NCBI GenBank assembly: GCA_963794325.1
Contig: CAWCDG010000002.1
Span: forward strand, 160,001 to 224,000
DNA from: an uncultured delta proteobacterium
Lineage (GTDB): Bacteria; Desulfobacterota; Binatia; Binatales; Binataceae
Reading direction: 5' to 3'
DNA length: 64,000 bases
The notes under the pieces are model-generated. The model searched no databases. It was not told the origin of the DNA and was given only the letters and a program-made list of their open reading frames with translations. Positions 40,816-49,202 of this stretch are shown here, in pieces. Positions within the stretch are counted from its first letter, which is position 1, and the number at the start of each line of letters is the position of its first letter. Both the position numbers and the translations under genes were made by a program.

Positions 40816-41202
40816 CTACCTGCTCCATGCTGATCTGCGACCGGTCAGGTTCAATGCTTCTCGGACGGTCCACTTGCCATCGGTCTCGCCGAGCCGAAAC
40901 TGAAACTTGAACGGTTCGACGTTGGCCCCGACCAGCTGCGCTTTCAAAAAATAATGTTGCGCGACACGCGCGCGTCCGATCAGCTCGAACCTATCATACT
41001 TGTTCGGCGGAATCTCTTTGGCGACGAGCATCATCTCGTCACGCACGTGCGCCGGGGTCATCGCCTCGACGCTCGCATGGTCGCCGCGAATGAGCGCATT
41101 CAGCAGATGCTCCGCCGCCGCGAGCATCTCGGCCGGCGGCTGTACGATCGGCGCAATCGGCTGCGGGCCCATCACATTGCCGCGTTCTCCGAGATCAGGC
41201 AT
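40816..41202 (-). CDS. Small hypothetical protein (NTF2/SnoaL-like pattern), paralog of next gene
   Basis: ATG overlaps upstream stop; C-terminal DGKWTVREALNLTGRRSAWSR. Confidence 0.7.
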   Translation of the reverse strand: MPDLGERGNVMGPQPIAPIVQPPAEMLAAAEHLLNALIRGDHASVEAMTPAHVRDEMMLVAKEIPPNKYDRFELIGRARVAQHYFLKAQLVGANVEPFKFQFRLGETDGKWTVREALNLTGRRSAWSR

Positions 41203-41590
41203 TTCCGTTCCCTGCCCGAGCTTGCGCCACCGCGGCCGCAAGATCGGGAATGTCGCTCCACGATGAGCGCTTGCCGGTGGTGTCCTCGACGCCGACGATC
41301 AGCCACTTGCCGTCGGCCTCTTTGCGCCATCGGTAGAGCACCCGACGCATCGCGGCGGCGTTAGTGAATCGCAGCTTCGAGATGTACTGAAAGCCGATCT
41401 TAGCGAGCGCCAGTTTTTCCAGTGTGCGCGGCTGCGGGATTCGCGCAATTTCCGCCGCAGCTTGCCGATGCAATTCGATCGCCTGCGGCAGCACGAACTT
41501 CTCGGCCGCCGCGCTATCGTTCGCCGCGAGCGCCGCCGCATGCGTCGCGATCGCATCGCGCAGATCGCTGATGTCGTCCAACTTCTTCAT
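41195..41590 (-). CDS. Small hypothetical protein (NTF2/SnoaL-like pattern)
   Basis: GAGG RBS; C-terminal DGKWLIVGVEDTTGKRSSWSD. Confidence 0.7.
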   Translation of the reverse strand: MKKLDDISDLRDAIATHAAALAANDSAAAEKFVLPQAIELHRQAAAEIARIPQPRTLEKLALAKIGFQYISKLRFTNAAAMRRVLYRWRKEADGKWLIVGVEDTTGKRSSWSDIPDLAAAVAQARAGNGNA

Positions 41591-41595
41591 AATCC

Positions 41596-42216
41596 TCAGC
41601 TACGCCCGACTTTCTTGCGCGGTTGTTCGGCCTCCGCTTCAAAGCCGGTCACGCCGCCCGACGCGCCGAGCAATCCTTCGAGATGCGATTGCCAATTTGC
41701 GGCGCGCAGATGCTTTTCCTTTGAGTCGAGCAACTCGTTGAGCAGCACGCTGCCGCGCTCGACGTGCGCCTTCTCTTCTTCGACCAGCCGCCCGAGAATT
41801 CGCAGGGTAGGGGGCTCGTAAACCGGATTCATCGCAGTGAGATGCGAGCTGTAATGCGAAATGAGATGCGGCTTCAGCACGCGATAAATTCCGACCAGCC
41901 GCTCGATCGTATCCTCCCACTCTTCTTTATCCTCGATCGCGTTCATGAACGTGACGAACGCGTCGTTGGGCGGCTTGGAAATTTGCGGCTGCGCGCGAAG
42001 CTCGGGCAGTCGCTTGCCGAGCGCGTCGGTATGCAGCGCGTCCTCGTACACCTGCTTGGCCATCTCGAGCTTGACCGCGAGCTCGGGCGTGAGCGCGATC
42101 CAGCCGGCCATCATGCGCATCATGCGCTCTTCGGCGTAGCGATAATTCTGGATGTAGATGACGCTCTGGCGGACGCTGTAAACGCCCTCGAGAGTTCGCC
42201 TGTCGTAAAGTGCCAT
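41596..42216 (-). CDS. Ferritin-fold protein resembling PaaA/PaaC-type subunits
   Basis: AEERMMRMMAGWIALTPELAVKLEMAKQVYEDALH and EEEKAH (two ExxH-type motifs); GAGGAG RBS. Confidence 0.65.
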   Translation of the reverse strand: MALYDRRTLEGVYSVRQSVIYIQNYRYAEERMMRMMAGWIALTPELAVKLEMAKQVYEDALHTDALGKRLPELRAQPQISKPPNDAFVTFMNAIEDKEEWEDTIERLVGIYRVLKPHLISHYSSHLTAMNPVYEPPTLRILGRLVEEEKAHVERGSVLLNELLDSKEKHLRAANWQSHLEGLLGASGGVTGFEAEAEQPRKKVGRS

Positions 42217-42250
42217 TCGAAAAAAACTCCTCGATAAAACTCGCGCCGCG

Positions 42251-42913
42251 TCAACGCGCGGATGCGGCTACGCTCGCGCCATTGGCAGATCCGAAAAAGC
42301 GGCCTTCGACCAACGCCGCAATCTCGCGCCAGTAAGTTTCTTTGTCAGTGCCCTTGAGGTTGTTCGCGCCCATCGCCCATCCGGCGCACAGCATGTGAAT
42401 CGCATGGACCGCGCTGCGCGAATCTTCGAAATGAATCACGCCGATGCGCCGGCCGCGCTCGATAATCTCGGCCACCGCGCCCAGATAGTCGCCGCCAATC
42501 TTCTTCATCGCGGCGCGATACTGCGGACGCCGCTCGAGGTAGCGGGCCTCATGATGGAGCACGTTGAAGGCCTCGCGATAACGATCGATCACGTCGAGAA
42601 TCGCGCGCATCACGTCGATCAGCTCGCGGCGCGGGTCGCCGACCGTGCGCTCGCGAATCGCAGGCAGCATCTCGACGAACTCCGCGACCATCGACTCCGC
42701 AATCAGCGGAATAATCTCGTCCTTGCTGTCGAGATAAAGATAAACGGAACCGGCAGCGATGCCGGCCTCGAGCGCGAGCTCCTTCACCGACGCTTCATGA
42801 AACGATTTCCGCGCCAGCACTCGGCAGGCAGCCAGAAAAATCTGCCGCCGTCGCGCCTTGACGAGTTTCTCGTCCGGCGCGGCCGTGCGTACAGCTTCAG
42901 CGATTCGTGGCAT
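42251..42913 (-). CDS. TetR/AcrR family regulator
   Basis: RRRQIFLAA...SVKELALEAGIAAGSVYLYLDSKDE HTH. Confidence 0.9.
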   Translation of the reverse strand: MPRIAEAVRTAAPDEKLVKARRRQIFLAACRVLARKSFHEASVKELALEAGIAAGSVYLYLDSKDEIIPLIAESMVAEFVEMLPAIRERTVGDPRRELIDVMRAILDVIDRYREAFNVLHHEARYLERRPQYRAAMKKIGGDYLGAVAEIIERGRRIGVIHFEDSRSAVHAIHMLCAGWAMGANNLKGTDKETYWREIAALVEGRFFGSANGASVAASAR

Positions 42914-42952
42914 TCGATACGGACCGAGATCTGCGATGGCCTAAATCTACTG

Positions 42953-42966
42953 AATGAACGTTCATT
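42953..42966. promoter_or_regulatory. Putative TetR operator
   Basis: Perfect 14-bp palindrome AATGAACGTTCATT about 40 bp upstream of the TetR start. Confidence 0.7.
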
Positions 42967-43136
42967 TGTCCAGCCCTGAATCGGAATCCGGCAAATGTTG
43001 TCTCCCACCAGCCGCGCGCGGACGCGCGTCGACGGGGCCTCCCCCACGTGGGCGAGGGGAAGATCGCTTCGCTCAAGAATGACACTAAGAAAAGAACCTC
43101 CGAGCAAAATGGCGTCCTCGCCATTTTGCGATTAAT

Positions 43137-43195
43137 ACTGGGTGCAGGGGTCACCCCTGCCGCGGAAGCGTGAAACCCGCGGAGGGTTTCACATT
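43137..43195 (+). repeat. ~60-bp double-hairpin repeat, left copy of an inverted pair
   Basis: ACTGGGTGCAGGGGTCACCCCTGCC...GTGAAACCC...GGGTTTCACATT; reverse-complement copy at 45043-45102 (outer 25 bp identical). Confidence 0.8.
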
Positions 43196-43230
43196 AAAAT
43201 TAACGTTCGTTAATCTTCGCATCCTTATAT

Positions 43231-43686
43231 ATGCTCACCCCCATGCCCGAGACTTTTCAGAAGGAAAGCACCCTCGATCGATTCTTCAACCGATTCATGG
43301 GGCGACTGCTCCGGCTCGGATTCGCGCCCGCGTACATGCGGCTGCTCGAAGTCCGCGGCCGCAAATCGGGCAAACTCTTTACCACTCCCGTCAACGTGCT
43401 CGATTTCAATGGCAAGCGATGGCTGGTGGCGGCGCGAGGCGAGACTGCATGGGCGCGCAATGCGCGCGCGGCCGGACGCGTCGTGCTGCGGCGCGGCGCG
43501 AGTACCGAGTCGTTGACGATTCGCGAGCTTGCCGATGCAGACAAGCCCGAAGTCATCAAGGCGTTCCTCGATCGCTTCAAATCGCAGGTCCAGCGTTTCT
43601 TCGACGTGCCCGCCGGATCGCCCGCCGACGCGTTCCGCGCCACCGCATCGCGCACGCCAGTGTTCGAGCTCGTCGACCCAGCCTAG
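43231..43686 (+). CDS. Deazaflavin (F420H2)-dependent nitroreductase family protein
   Basis: LLEVRGRKSGK..TTPV, W.RNARAAG, C-terminal PVFEL. Confidence 0.85.
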   Translation: MLTPMPETFQKESTLDRFFNRFMGRLLRLGFAPAYMRLLEVRGRKSGKLFTTPVNVLDFNGKRWLVAARGETAWARNARAAGRVVLRRGASTESLTIRELADADKPEVIKAFLDRFKSQVQRFFDVPAGSPADAFRATASRTPVFELVDPA

Positions 43687-43698
43687 GTTCCGCGATTT

Positions 43699-45008
43699 GT
43701 GGATTCTCCCGCTCCGACACCGAGTCAGACCCCTGGGGAAGAGCAACTAGCTGCCGAGTCCGCCGCGCACGAAAGCGCGTCACCGTTCTCGCACTGGTCG
43801 CGATGCTCTTTTACCAGGGCTTTGCAGTCGCAATCGTCTCGGTCGCGGCGCCGTGGATCGGAACGAGCTTCCATCTCGACGGCAGTGGAATCGCGCGCCT
43901 GTTCGCGTGGATCTCGCTGTCGGCGCTGGGCGCACTCGCACTCTCGCGCATGATCGATCGCTACGGACGCCGCCGCATGATCCTGTGGTGCATGGCCGCG
44001 ATTCCCATTTGCAGCATCGGCGCGGCAGTATCCTCCAGACTGATTTGGTTCGCGATATTTCAGATCGGGCTATACGCGGTGGTCGGCGCCGCCGGCTCGG
44101 GATGCGTCGTGATGCTCTCCGAAACGCTCCCGATCGCACGCCGCGCACGCGGACAAAGCTTCGGCGGGCTGGCGGCCTCCGTGGGCGCCGGCCTCTGCGT
44201 TTTCCTGATGCCGATTTTCGACGCCTACGGATGGTCGTGGCGATGGATGTTCGTAATCTCTGCGTTGGGCATCGCGATGCTGCCCGCGATGGCGCGGCTT
44301 CTCCCCGAGAGCGGGCGATGGCAACTTTCCGACGCCTCCGGAATCAACACCAGGACGCGTTTCTACGACGTCTTTCAGCCGCTCTATCGCAAACGCTCGA
44401 TCACGATGATCGTATGCGCACTCGCCGCCGCAATCTCGACCACCGCCGCGAACGCATTCGGCTACTATCATGCTGTGTCAGTAGTCGGGATGTCGGCGAC
44501 GGCGACCAGCACCTTGACCATCGTCGCCGGCGGCCTGGCATTGTTGGGCTTTCCACTAGGCGCATGGAGCGCAGAGCGCTTCGGCCGTGTGCCGACAGTG
44601 GTCTGTTTTGGAATTGCAATCACCGCGGGACACCTATGGTACTTCTGGGGACCGCCGACGCATCTGACGTGGCCCTTGATGTGGCTGTCGATGGGCTACT
44701 TCTGGTTCAACGCATGCGACAACGGCGGCACCGTCGCAATCAACGCAGCCGCAACCGAACTATTCCCAACTCCTCTGCGCGGCACGATGATAGGATGGTT
44801 CGCCTTGGTAAGTGCAATCGGCGCAGTAATCTCCAACGCCGCAGTAGCCCTATTGGCAAACAAAATGGGCGGCCTATCAATAGTAGTAGGCGCCCTATCA
44901 ATAGTAGGAATCCCGGCAGCAATCCTATTCGGCCTAATGATAGACGAAACCCGCGGCCTATCATTAGAGATGGCCGCCAAAGAAGAAGAATTCACCTCCG
45001 AGAACTAA
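43699..45008 (+). CDS. MFS transporter (probable frameshift near 43757 in the N-terminus)
   Basis: About 12 hydrophobic helices, DRYGRR and ERFGR loop motifs, PES, ELFPT.LRG, ETRG.SLE. Confidence 0.85.
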
Positions 45009-45042
45009 CTGGCGGGCCGGGGAAGGGTAAATCACTTTATTG

Positions 45043-45102
45043 AATGTGAAACCCGCGGTGGGTTCCACACCTCCTTGGGCAGGGGTGACCCCTGCACCCA
45101 GT
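45043..45102 (-). repeat. ~60-bp double-hairpin repeat, right copy
   Basis: Reverse complement of 43137-43195. Confidence 0.8.
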
Positions 45103-45150
45103 GAAGAGTGAAAAGTGAAAAGTGTTAATAGTTGAAAGCTAGGACCGCGC

Positions 45151-45327
45151 ACCCCCTGCCGTGTTCCCTTTTCCGCAACCGGAAGCGGGGGTAAGGCGGG
45201 TGGGACGGACTGCTCTGCCTCTGTGCCCCCTTTCCGCATCGGAAAGGGGGTGAGGGGGATAGGACGCCACACTCCGACGAAACCTCCGGTTCCCCTTCCC
45301 ACTATGGGAAGGGGTTAGGGGTTAGGT
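45151..45327. repeat. Cluster of three REP-like C-tract/G-tract hairpins
   Basis: CCCTTTTCCG..CGGAAGCGGGGG, CCCCTTTCCG..CGGAAAGGGGG and CCCCTTCCC-actat-GGGAAGGGGTTAGGGGTTAGG. Confidence 0.75.
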
Positions 45328-45395
45328 CGCCCGCATCATTCGCGCTCCCCAATTTGTCATTCTAAAACTGCCACGCCGAGCTAATGCCTCCCCGG

Positions 45396-46205
45396 CTATG
45401 GCCTTGAGTTCGCAATCGCTGGCATCTTCTCGAACATCTTCATCATCATGTGCCGAGTCACGCTGGCGGGAAGGATCGCACCCATGATCCGATTCATCCG
45501 GCCGGGAATGATGATTGCCTTATTGACGGCGAGCGCATTCAGACCTTCTGTGACTGCCTGATCGACCTTCATCGCCTTGATCGGCATGGTCTTGAGATCG
45601 AGCCCGAACCTGGCGAGCACCGGCGTGTCGGTCATACCCGGCGGCAGCACGGTCACATAGACCCCGCGCGGCTTGAACTCCTCGTGGAGCGCCAGGCCAA
45701 GGCTCTGGACGTAGGCCTTGGCGCCGGCGTCATGCGCCATGAACGGCAGGCCCGTGTCAGCACCCATGGCTCCAACGAAAAGAAGGCCGCCAGTCCCGCG
45801 CTCGGCGAGCTTGCGGCCGAAATGTAGCGCGAGTTCGGCATGGGCAAGCGCGCTCAATCGCAGCGTCATCGCGAGCTCTTCGCGATCCTTGTCGATAAAC
45901 CTTCCTGGATTGCCGGTGCCCGCGTTCGAGATAACGAGACCGATGTCCAGATCGCGAGTCGCGTCGGCCAATCCGGCGATGAATCCCTCGTTCGAGAGAT
46001 CGGCAACGACGACGCGATGCTTCACCCCGAAATCCAGCGAGAGTTCGGTGCCGAGTGTGTCGAGCAAGGCTTGCCGGCGGGCAACCAGCACAACGTTGAT
46101 GTTTGAGGCGGCGATCTGGCGTGCGAATTCGCGCCCGATACCGGACGAGGCGCCGGTGATGAGCGCCCACGGACCAAACCGCTGGCGGTCCACTCTCGCT
46201 TGCAT
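45396..46205 (-). CDS. SDR oxidoreductase
   Basis: ITGASSGIG, LVARR, SNAG; the YxxxK position reads HDAGAK (Tyr absent). Confidence 0.85.
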   Translation of the reverse strand: MQARVDRQRFGPWALITGASSGIGREFARQIAASNINVVLVARRQALLDTLGTELSLDFGVKHRVVVADLSNEGFIAGLADATRDLDIGLVISNAGTGNPGRFIDKDREELAMTLRLSALAHAELALHFGRKLAERGTGGLLFVGAMGADTGLPFMAHDAGAKAYVQSLGLALHEEFKPRGVYVTVLPPGMTDTPVLARFGLDLKTMPIKAMKVDQAVTEGLNALAVNKAIIIPGRMNRIMGAILPASVTRHMMMKMFEKMPAIANSRP

Positions 46206-46289
46206 TTTCAATCGACCTCCGTAGTCGTTCTCGCGTCGCTTATGGAGCAGCGATCTCGGCGCTGCCGCGCAGTCGCTGACCGAACAGGC

Positions 46290-46313
46290 TTTTTATAGTG
46301 ACCGCTACAAAAA
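46290..46313. promoter_or_regulatory. Putative TetR operator between divergent SDR and TetR genes
   Basis: Imperfect palindrome TTTTTATAGTGACCGCTACAAAAA. Confidence 0.5.
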
Positions 46314-46369
46314 TAGCGGTGCTTGCGTGAGCTTGTCAAGAGATTTATATATCGATCGCTAAGAATAAC

Positions 46370-47056
46370 GTGACAGCATCGGCAAAACAGCGCGGCCGGC
46401 CGCGCGGCTTCGATCGCGACGAAGCACTCGAAAGTGCCATCCGTCTGTTCTGGGGCAGGGGCTATGAGGCTACATCTATAAGCGATCTCACGCAGGCTAT
46501 GCACATCACGCCGCCAAGCCTCTATGCCGCCTTCGGCGATAAGAAGCGCCTCTTCCTCGAAGCGGTGGAGCGCTACGAACACGAAACCGGTTGCTTTGCT
46601 CGCAGGGCGCTCACGAGCGAGCCGACGGCGGAACTGGCTATTCGTCGCCTCCTCCTTGACGCCGTAAAGTCCTTTACTGACCCGAAGAATCCAAAGGGCT
46701 GTTTGATCGCGCTCGGCGCGACAAACTCCGCCATCGAGTCCACCGACATCTTTGAGGCGCTTGCCGAACGCAGGCGCATCGCGGAGAAGGCTGTGCGAGC
46801 TCGCATTGCGACCGGTCAGAAGGCCGGTGAGCTGGCTGACAATGCGGACGTCGACGCAATCACCGGCATGGTGACGGCGACCCGCTACGGTCTTGCCATC
46901 AAAGCGCGTGACGGTGTGCCGCGAGCACGCTTGCGGAGAATCGTCGAGCAGCTGATGAAGACCTGGCCGCGCCGAGAGCCCGCCGAAGCCGGCGCCGCTC
47001 CGCGTATGCGCGTCAGCTCCCGGCCGCGAAGATCGTCTTCAGCGAGAGGCGGTTGA
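46370..47056 (+). CDS. TetR/AcrR family regulator (ComR/NemR-like)
   Basis: GRPRGFDRD.AL...FW..GYEATSISDL...PSLYAAFGDK, GCL motif. Confidence 0.9.
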   Translation: MTASAKQRGRPRGFDRDEALESAIRLFWGRGYEATSISDLTQAMHITPPSLYAAFGDKKRLFLEAVERYEHETGCFARRALTSEPTAELAIRRLLLDAVKSFTDPKNPKGCLIALGATNSAIESTDIFEALAERRRIAEKAVRARIATGQKAGELADNADVDAITGMVTATRYGLAIKARDGVPRARLRRIVEQLMKTWPRREPAEAGAAPRMRVSSRPRRSSSARGG

Positions 47057-47076
47057 GCGGTCTCTCTTCTGTTGGC

Positions 47077-47496
47077 TTACTGATATCGGCCTGTTTCGCG
47101 ACTTAGCGTATGGAGCGACCCAGTATGAGAGCTCGATATCGCTGTTGCTGGGTGACGTGCCGAACAGAAGCGCTTGCACTGGGCGTCGTGCTCACCGACG
47201 ATACCGTCTCTTTTCCCGACGCATCTCTTTACCCGGGCCCCATGCTCCATTTTGCGGGGTTGAGCCAGATCGAATGCAAGCTGCATTCGCTTCAGGTGAT
47301 CCATCTTCGGGCCGAACGCCTTCTCGACCCGCAAGCCCATTTCGCTCGTAAGCGCCGCTTTCCCATTCAGCAGGCTCGAAAGCGCCTGCCGCGCAACGCC
47401 TAGTACCTTCGCGGCCTGGGTTACTGTCAGGCCAAGCGGCTCGATCACCTCGCGGCGGATAAGGCCGCCGACATGCGGAGGATTCTTTATCGCCAT
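47077..47496 (-). CDS. higA: HigA-family antitoxin (orphan, C-terminus possibly extended or decayed)
   Basis: KNPPHVG..IR.EVIEPLGLTVT.AA..LGV.RQALS.LLNG, EM.LR.EKAFG; no higB upstream. Confidence 0.75.
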   Translation of the reverse strand: MAIKNPPHVGGLIRREVIEPLGLTVTQAAKVLGVARQALSSLLNGKAALTSEMGLRVEKAFGPKMDHLKRMQLAFDLAQPRKMEHGARVKRCVGKRDGIVGEHDAQCKRFCSARHPATAISSSHTGSLHTLSRETGRYQ

Positions 47497-47556
47497 AATT
47501 TTTGATGCTCTCGTCAACGATTCGTGTTTTGTTCTCCTGAACTAAACTGCCAAAAA

Positions 47557-47572
47557 CGTTTCACGTGAAACG
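47557..47572. promoter_or_regulatory. parS site (ParB binding)
   Basis: CGTTTCACGTGAAACG matches the parS consensus tGTTtCACGTGAAACa and sits in a longer palindrome. Confidence 0.8.
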
Positions 47573-47663
47573 TTTTGGCCCGAAAGCCTAATATTAACAG
47601 GGACTTGCGAAAATCGAGTCCCCGTTTCACGCGCAATTTTAGTGACTCGTTGCGGGCGCTGAA

Positions 47664-48140
47664 TCAACTAATCGTCAGCGGCGTCTCGGCGAATTCCTTC
47701 TTCTCGGAATCCCAGGCGAAGGCGGCGGCTCTCGCGAATTTGCCGGAGCGGATCGACAGCACGATATAAATGGTGTCGGGGTAGTCGGGCTCCGACGGGT
47801 CGAAGGAGCATGCTTGCGCGCGGTCGGTCGGCGAAAAGTACGCGTCGTGATCGGGATGCGAATGGTAAACGACGCGCAGCGCCAGCTTGCGCGCATCGAG
47901 TTCGTTCATCACGGCCAGATGCTGCTTCGGGTCCATCAGGAATGCGGTTCGCGCGTCGCGCGGGAACGCGCACGGGCTGCTTGGCGTGCATCGCGTTCTG
48001 GATATTGGCGATGGGGCGGACTTCCTCGACCGCATCTTGTTGTCGCCGATGATGAAGCCGCAGCACTCGAACGGGAACTCGCGCTCAGCCTGTGCGACGA
48101 TCGCGTCCATCGTCGCGCGGCGTATCGATGCGGTCTTCAT
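47664..48140 (-). CDS. M67/JAMM (Mov34/MPN) metallopeptidase, Mec-like
   Basis: P.ECCG, YHSHPD..AYFS.TD JAMM motif; a short internal segment reads better in another frame (VEEVRPIANIQN), implying two compensating indels. Confidence 0.85.
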   Translation of the reverse strand: MKTASIRRATMDAIVAQAEREFPFECCGFIIGDNKMRSRKSAPSPISRTRCTPSSPCAFPRDARTAFLMDPKQHLAVMNELDARKLALRVVYHSHPDHDAYFSPTDRAQACSFDPSEPDYPDTIYIVLSIRSGKFARAAAFAWDSEKKEFAETPLTIS

Positions 48141-49117
48141 CGGTCCTCCTTCCTTTGAGTGATGCGTTCCGCCGCTCGGATCAGCCGGGTGAGCATCCGA
48201 TTCGTCTCCGCGTCCAGGCCGTGCTGATCGGCGAGCTCGACGATTTTTCCATTGAGCGCGCCGATGTCGGTGCGTGCGCGGACGTGAAGATCGTGGAGCA
48301 TCGTCGGACGATGGCTGGCCGTCGGCGGAATCAACTGCTCGTAAAATACTTTTCGATATTCTGCCGCGCTCGAGTAGGGCAGGGCGACGCCGATCGCGCG
48401 CGCGACCGCGAACGCCTCTTCGATCGCGCGATCCATGATCGCCCGCACGTCCGGATCGCCGGCGAGCGCGCCGTAGGTCTGCTGCAGAAGCGCGCCGAGC
48501 GGATTCAGCGCGACGTTGTACAGAATCTTGGCCCACAGCACCGGCGTGATGTCCTCGACGCTGACGGTGGGAACGCCGGCCGCATCGAGCATCGCGGCAA
48601 TCGCGCGAGCGCGCGCTGCGAGCGCGGGCGAGTCCTCGCGATGAATCGCGGGTGCGGGTCCAATCGCGACTGGTTGCGCGAAGACCGTCACGTGCGCGCA
48701 TCCGGGCGACGGAATTTCAGCGCCGAAGATCACCCGCGCGCCCAGCACGCGCCGCCGTCCGAAGCGCTCGATCAACGACTCGATATTGCCGAGTCCGTTT
48801 TGCATCGAGACGATCACGCCGTCGTCGGTCAGACGATCGGCCAGCGCCGCCGCGATCGATTCGGTGTCGTAGCTCTTCGCCGTGCACAGGATCAGACCGA
48901 ATTGCTTCCCGAGCTTCGCGGGATCGTCAGCCAGCTTGATGCCCGCGACAGTTCGATCGCCGAGCAGTCCCGAAATTTTGAGACCCTCGCGCGCGATCGC
49001 TTCCATATGAGCCGGGCGGCCGAGCAAGGTGACGTCCCGGCCGGCATCGTGCAGCATGCCGCCGACGATCGAGCCGATCGCACCGGCGCCCGCAATCAAA
49101 ATGGAAGCGTCGTTCAT
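48137..49117 (-). CDS. panE: 2-dehydropantoate 2-reductase
   Basis: GAGAIG, K.YD, QNGLG, LWAK...N..LNP, LNG.IV. Confidence 0.85.
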   Translation of the reverse strand: MNDASILIAGAGAIGSIVGGMLHDAGRDVTLLGRPAHMEAIAREGLKISGLLGDRTVAGIKLADDPAKLGKQFGLILCTAKSYDTESIAAALADRLTDDGVIVSMQNGLGNIESLIERFGRRRVLGARVIFGAEIPSPGCAHVTVFAQPVAIGPAPAIHREDSPALAARARAIAAMLDAAGVPTVSVEDITPVLWAKILYNVALNPLGALLQQTYGALAGDPDVRAIMDRAIEEAFAVARAIGVALPYSSAAEYRKVFYEQLIPPTASHRPTMLHDLHVRARTDIGALNGKIVELADQHGLDAETNRMLTRLIRAAERITQRKEDR

Positions 49118-49202
49118 CGTGTCGAAGTTATCGGTCGCCGAATCATTAGACAACGTATTCGGGCGCTTGCGGCCAAGCGATTGCGCGCAGTAGGAAGTAG
49201 TC

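Noticed and set aside
44760-45008. Diversity-generating retroelement variable region
   Set aside because: No reverse transcriptase or template repeat in the window; the changes add A at synonymous sites rather than randomising adenines.
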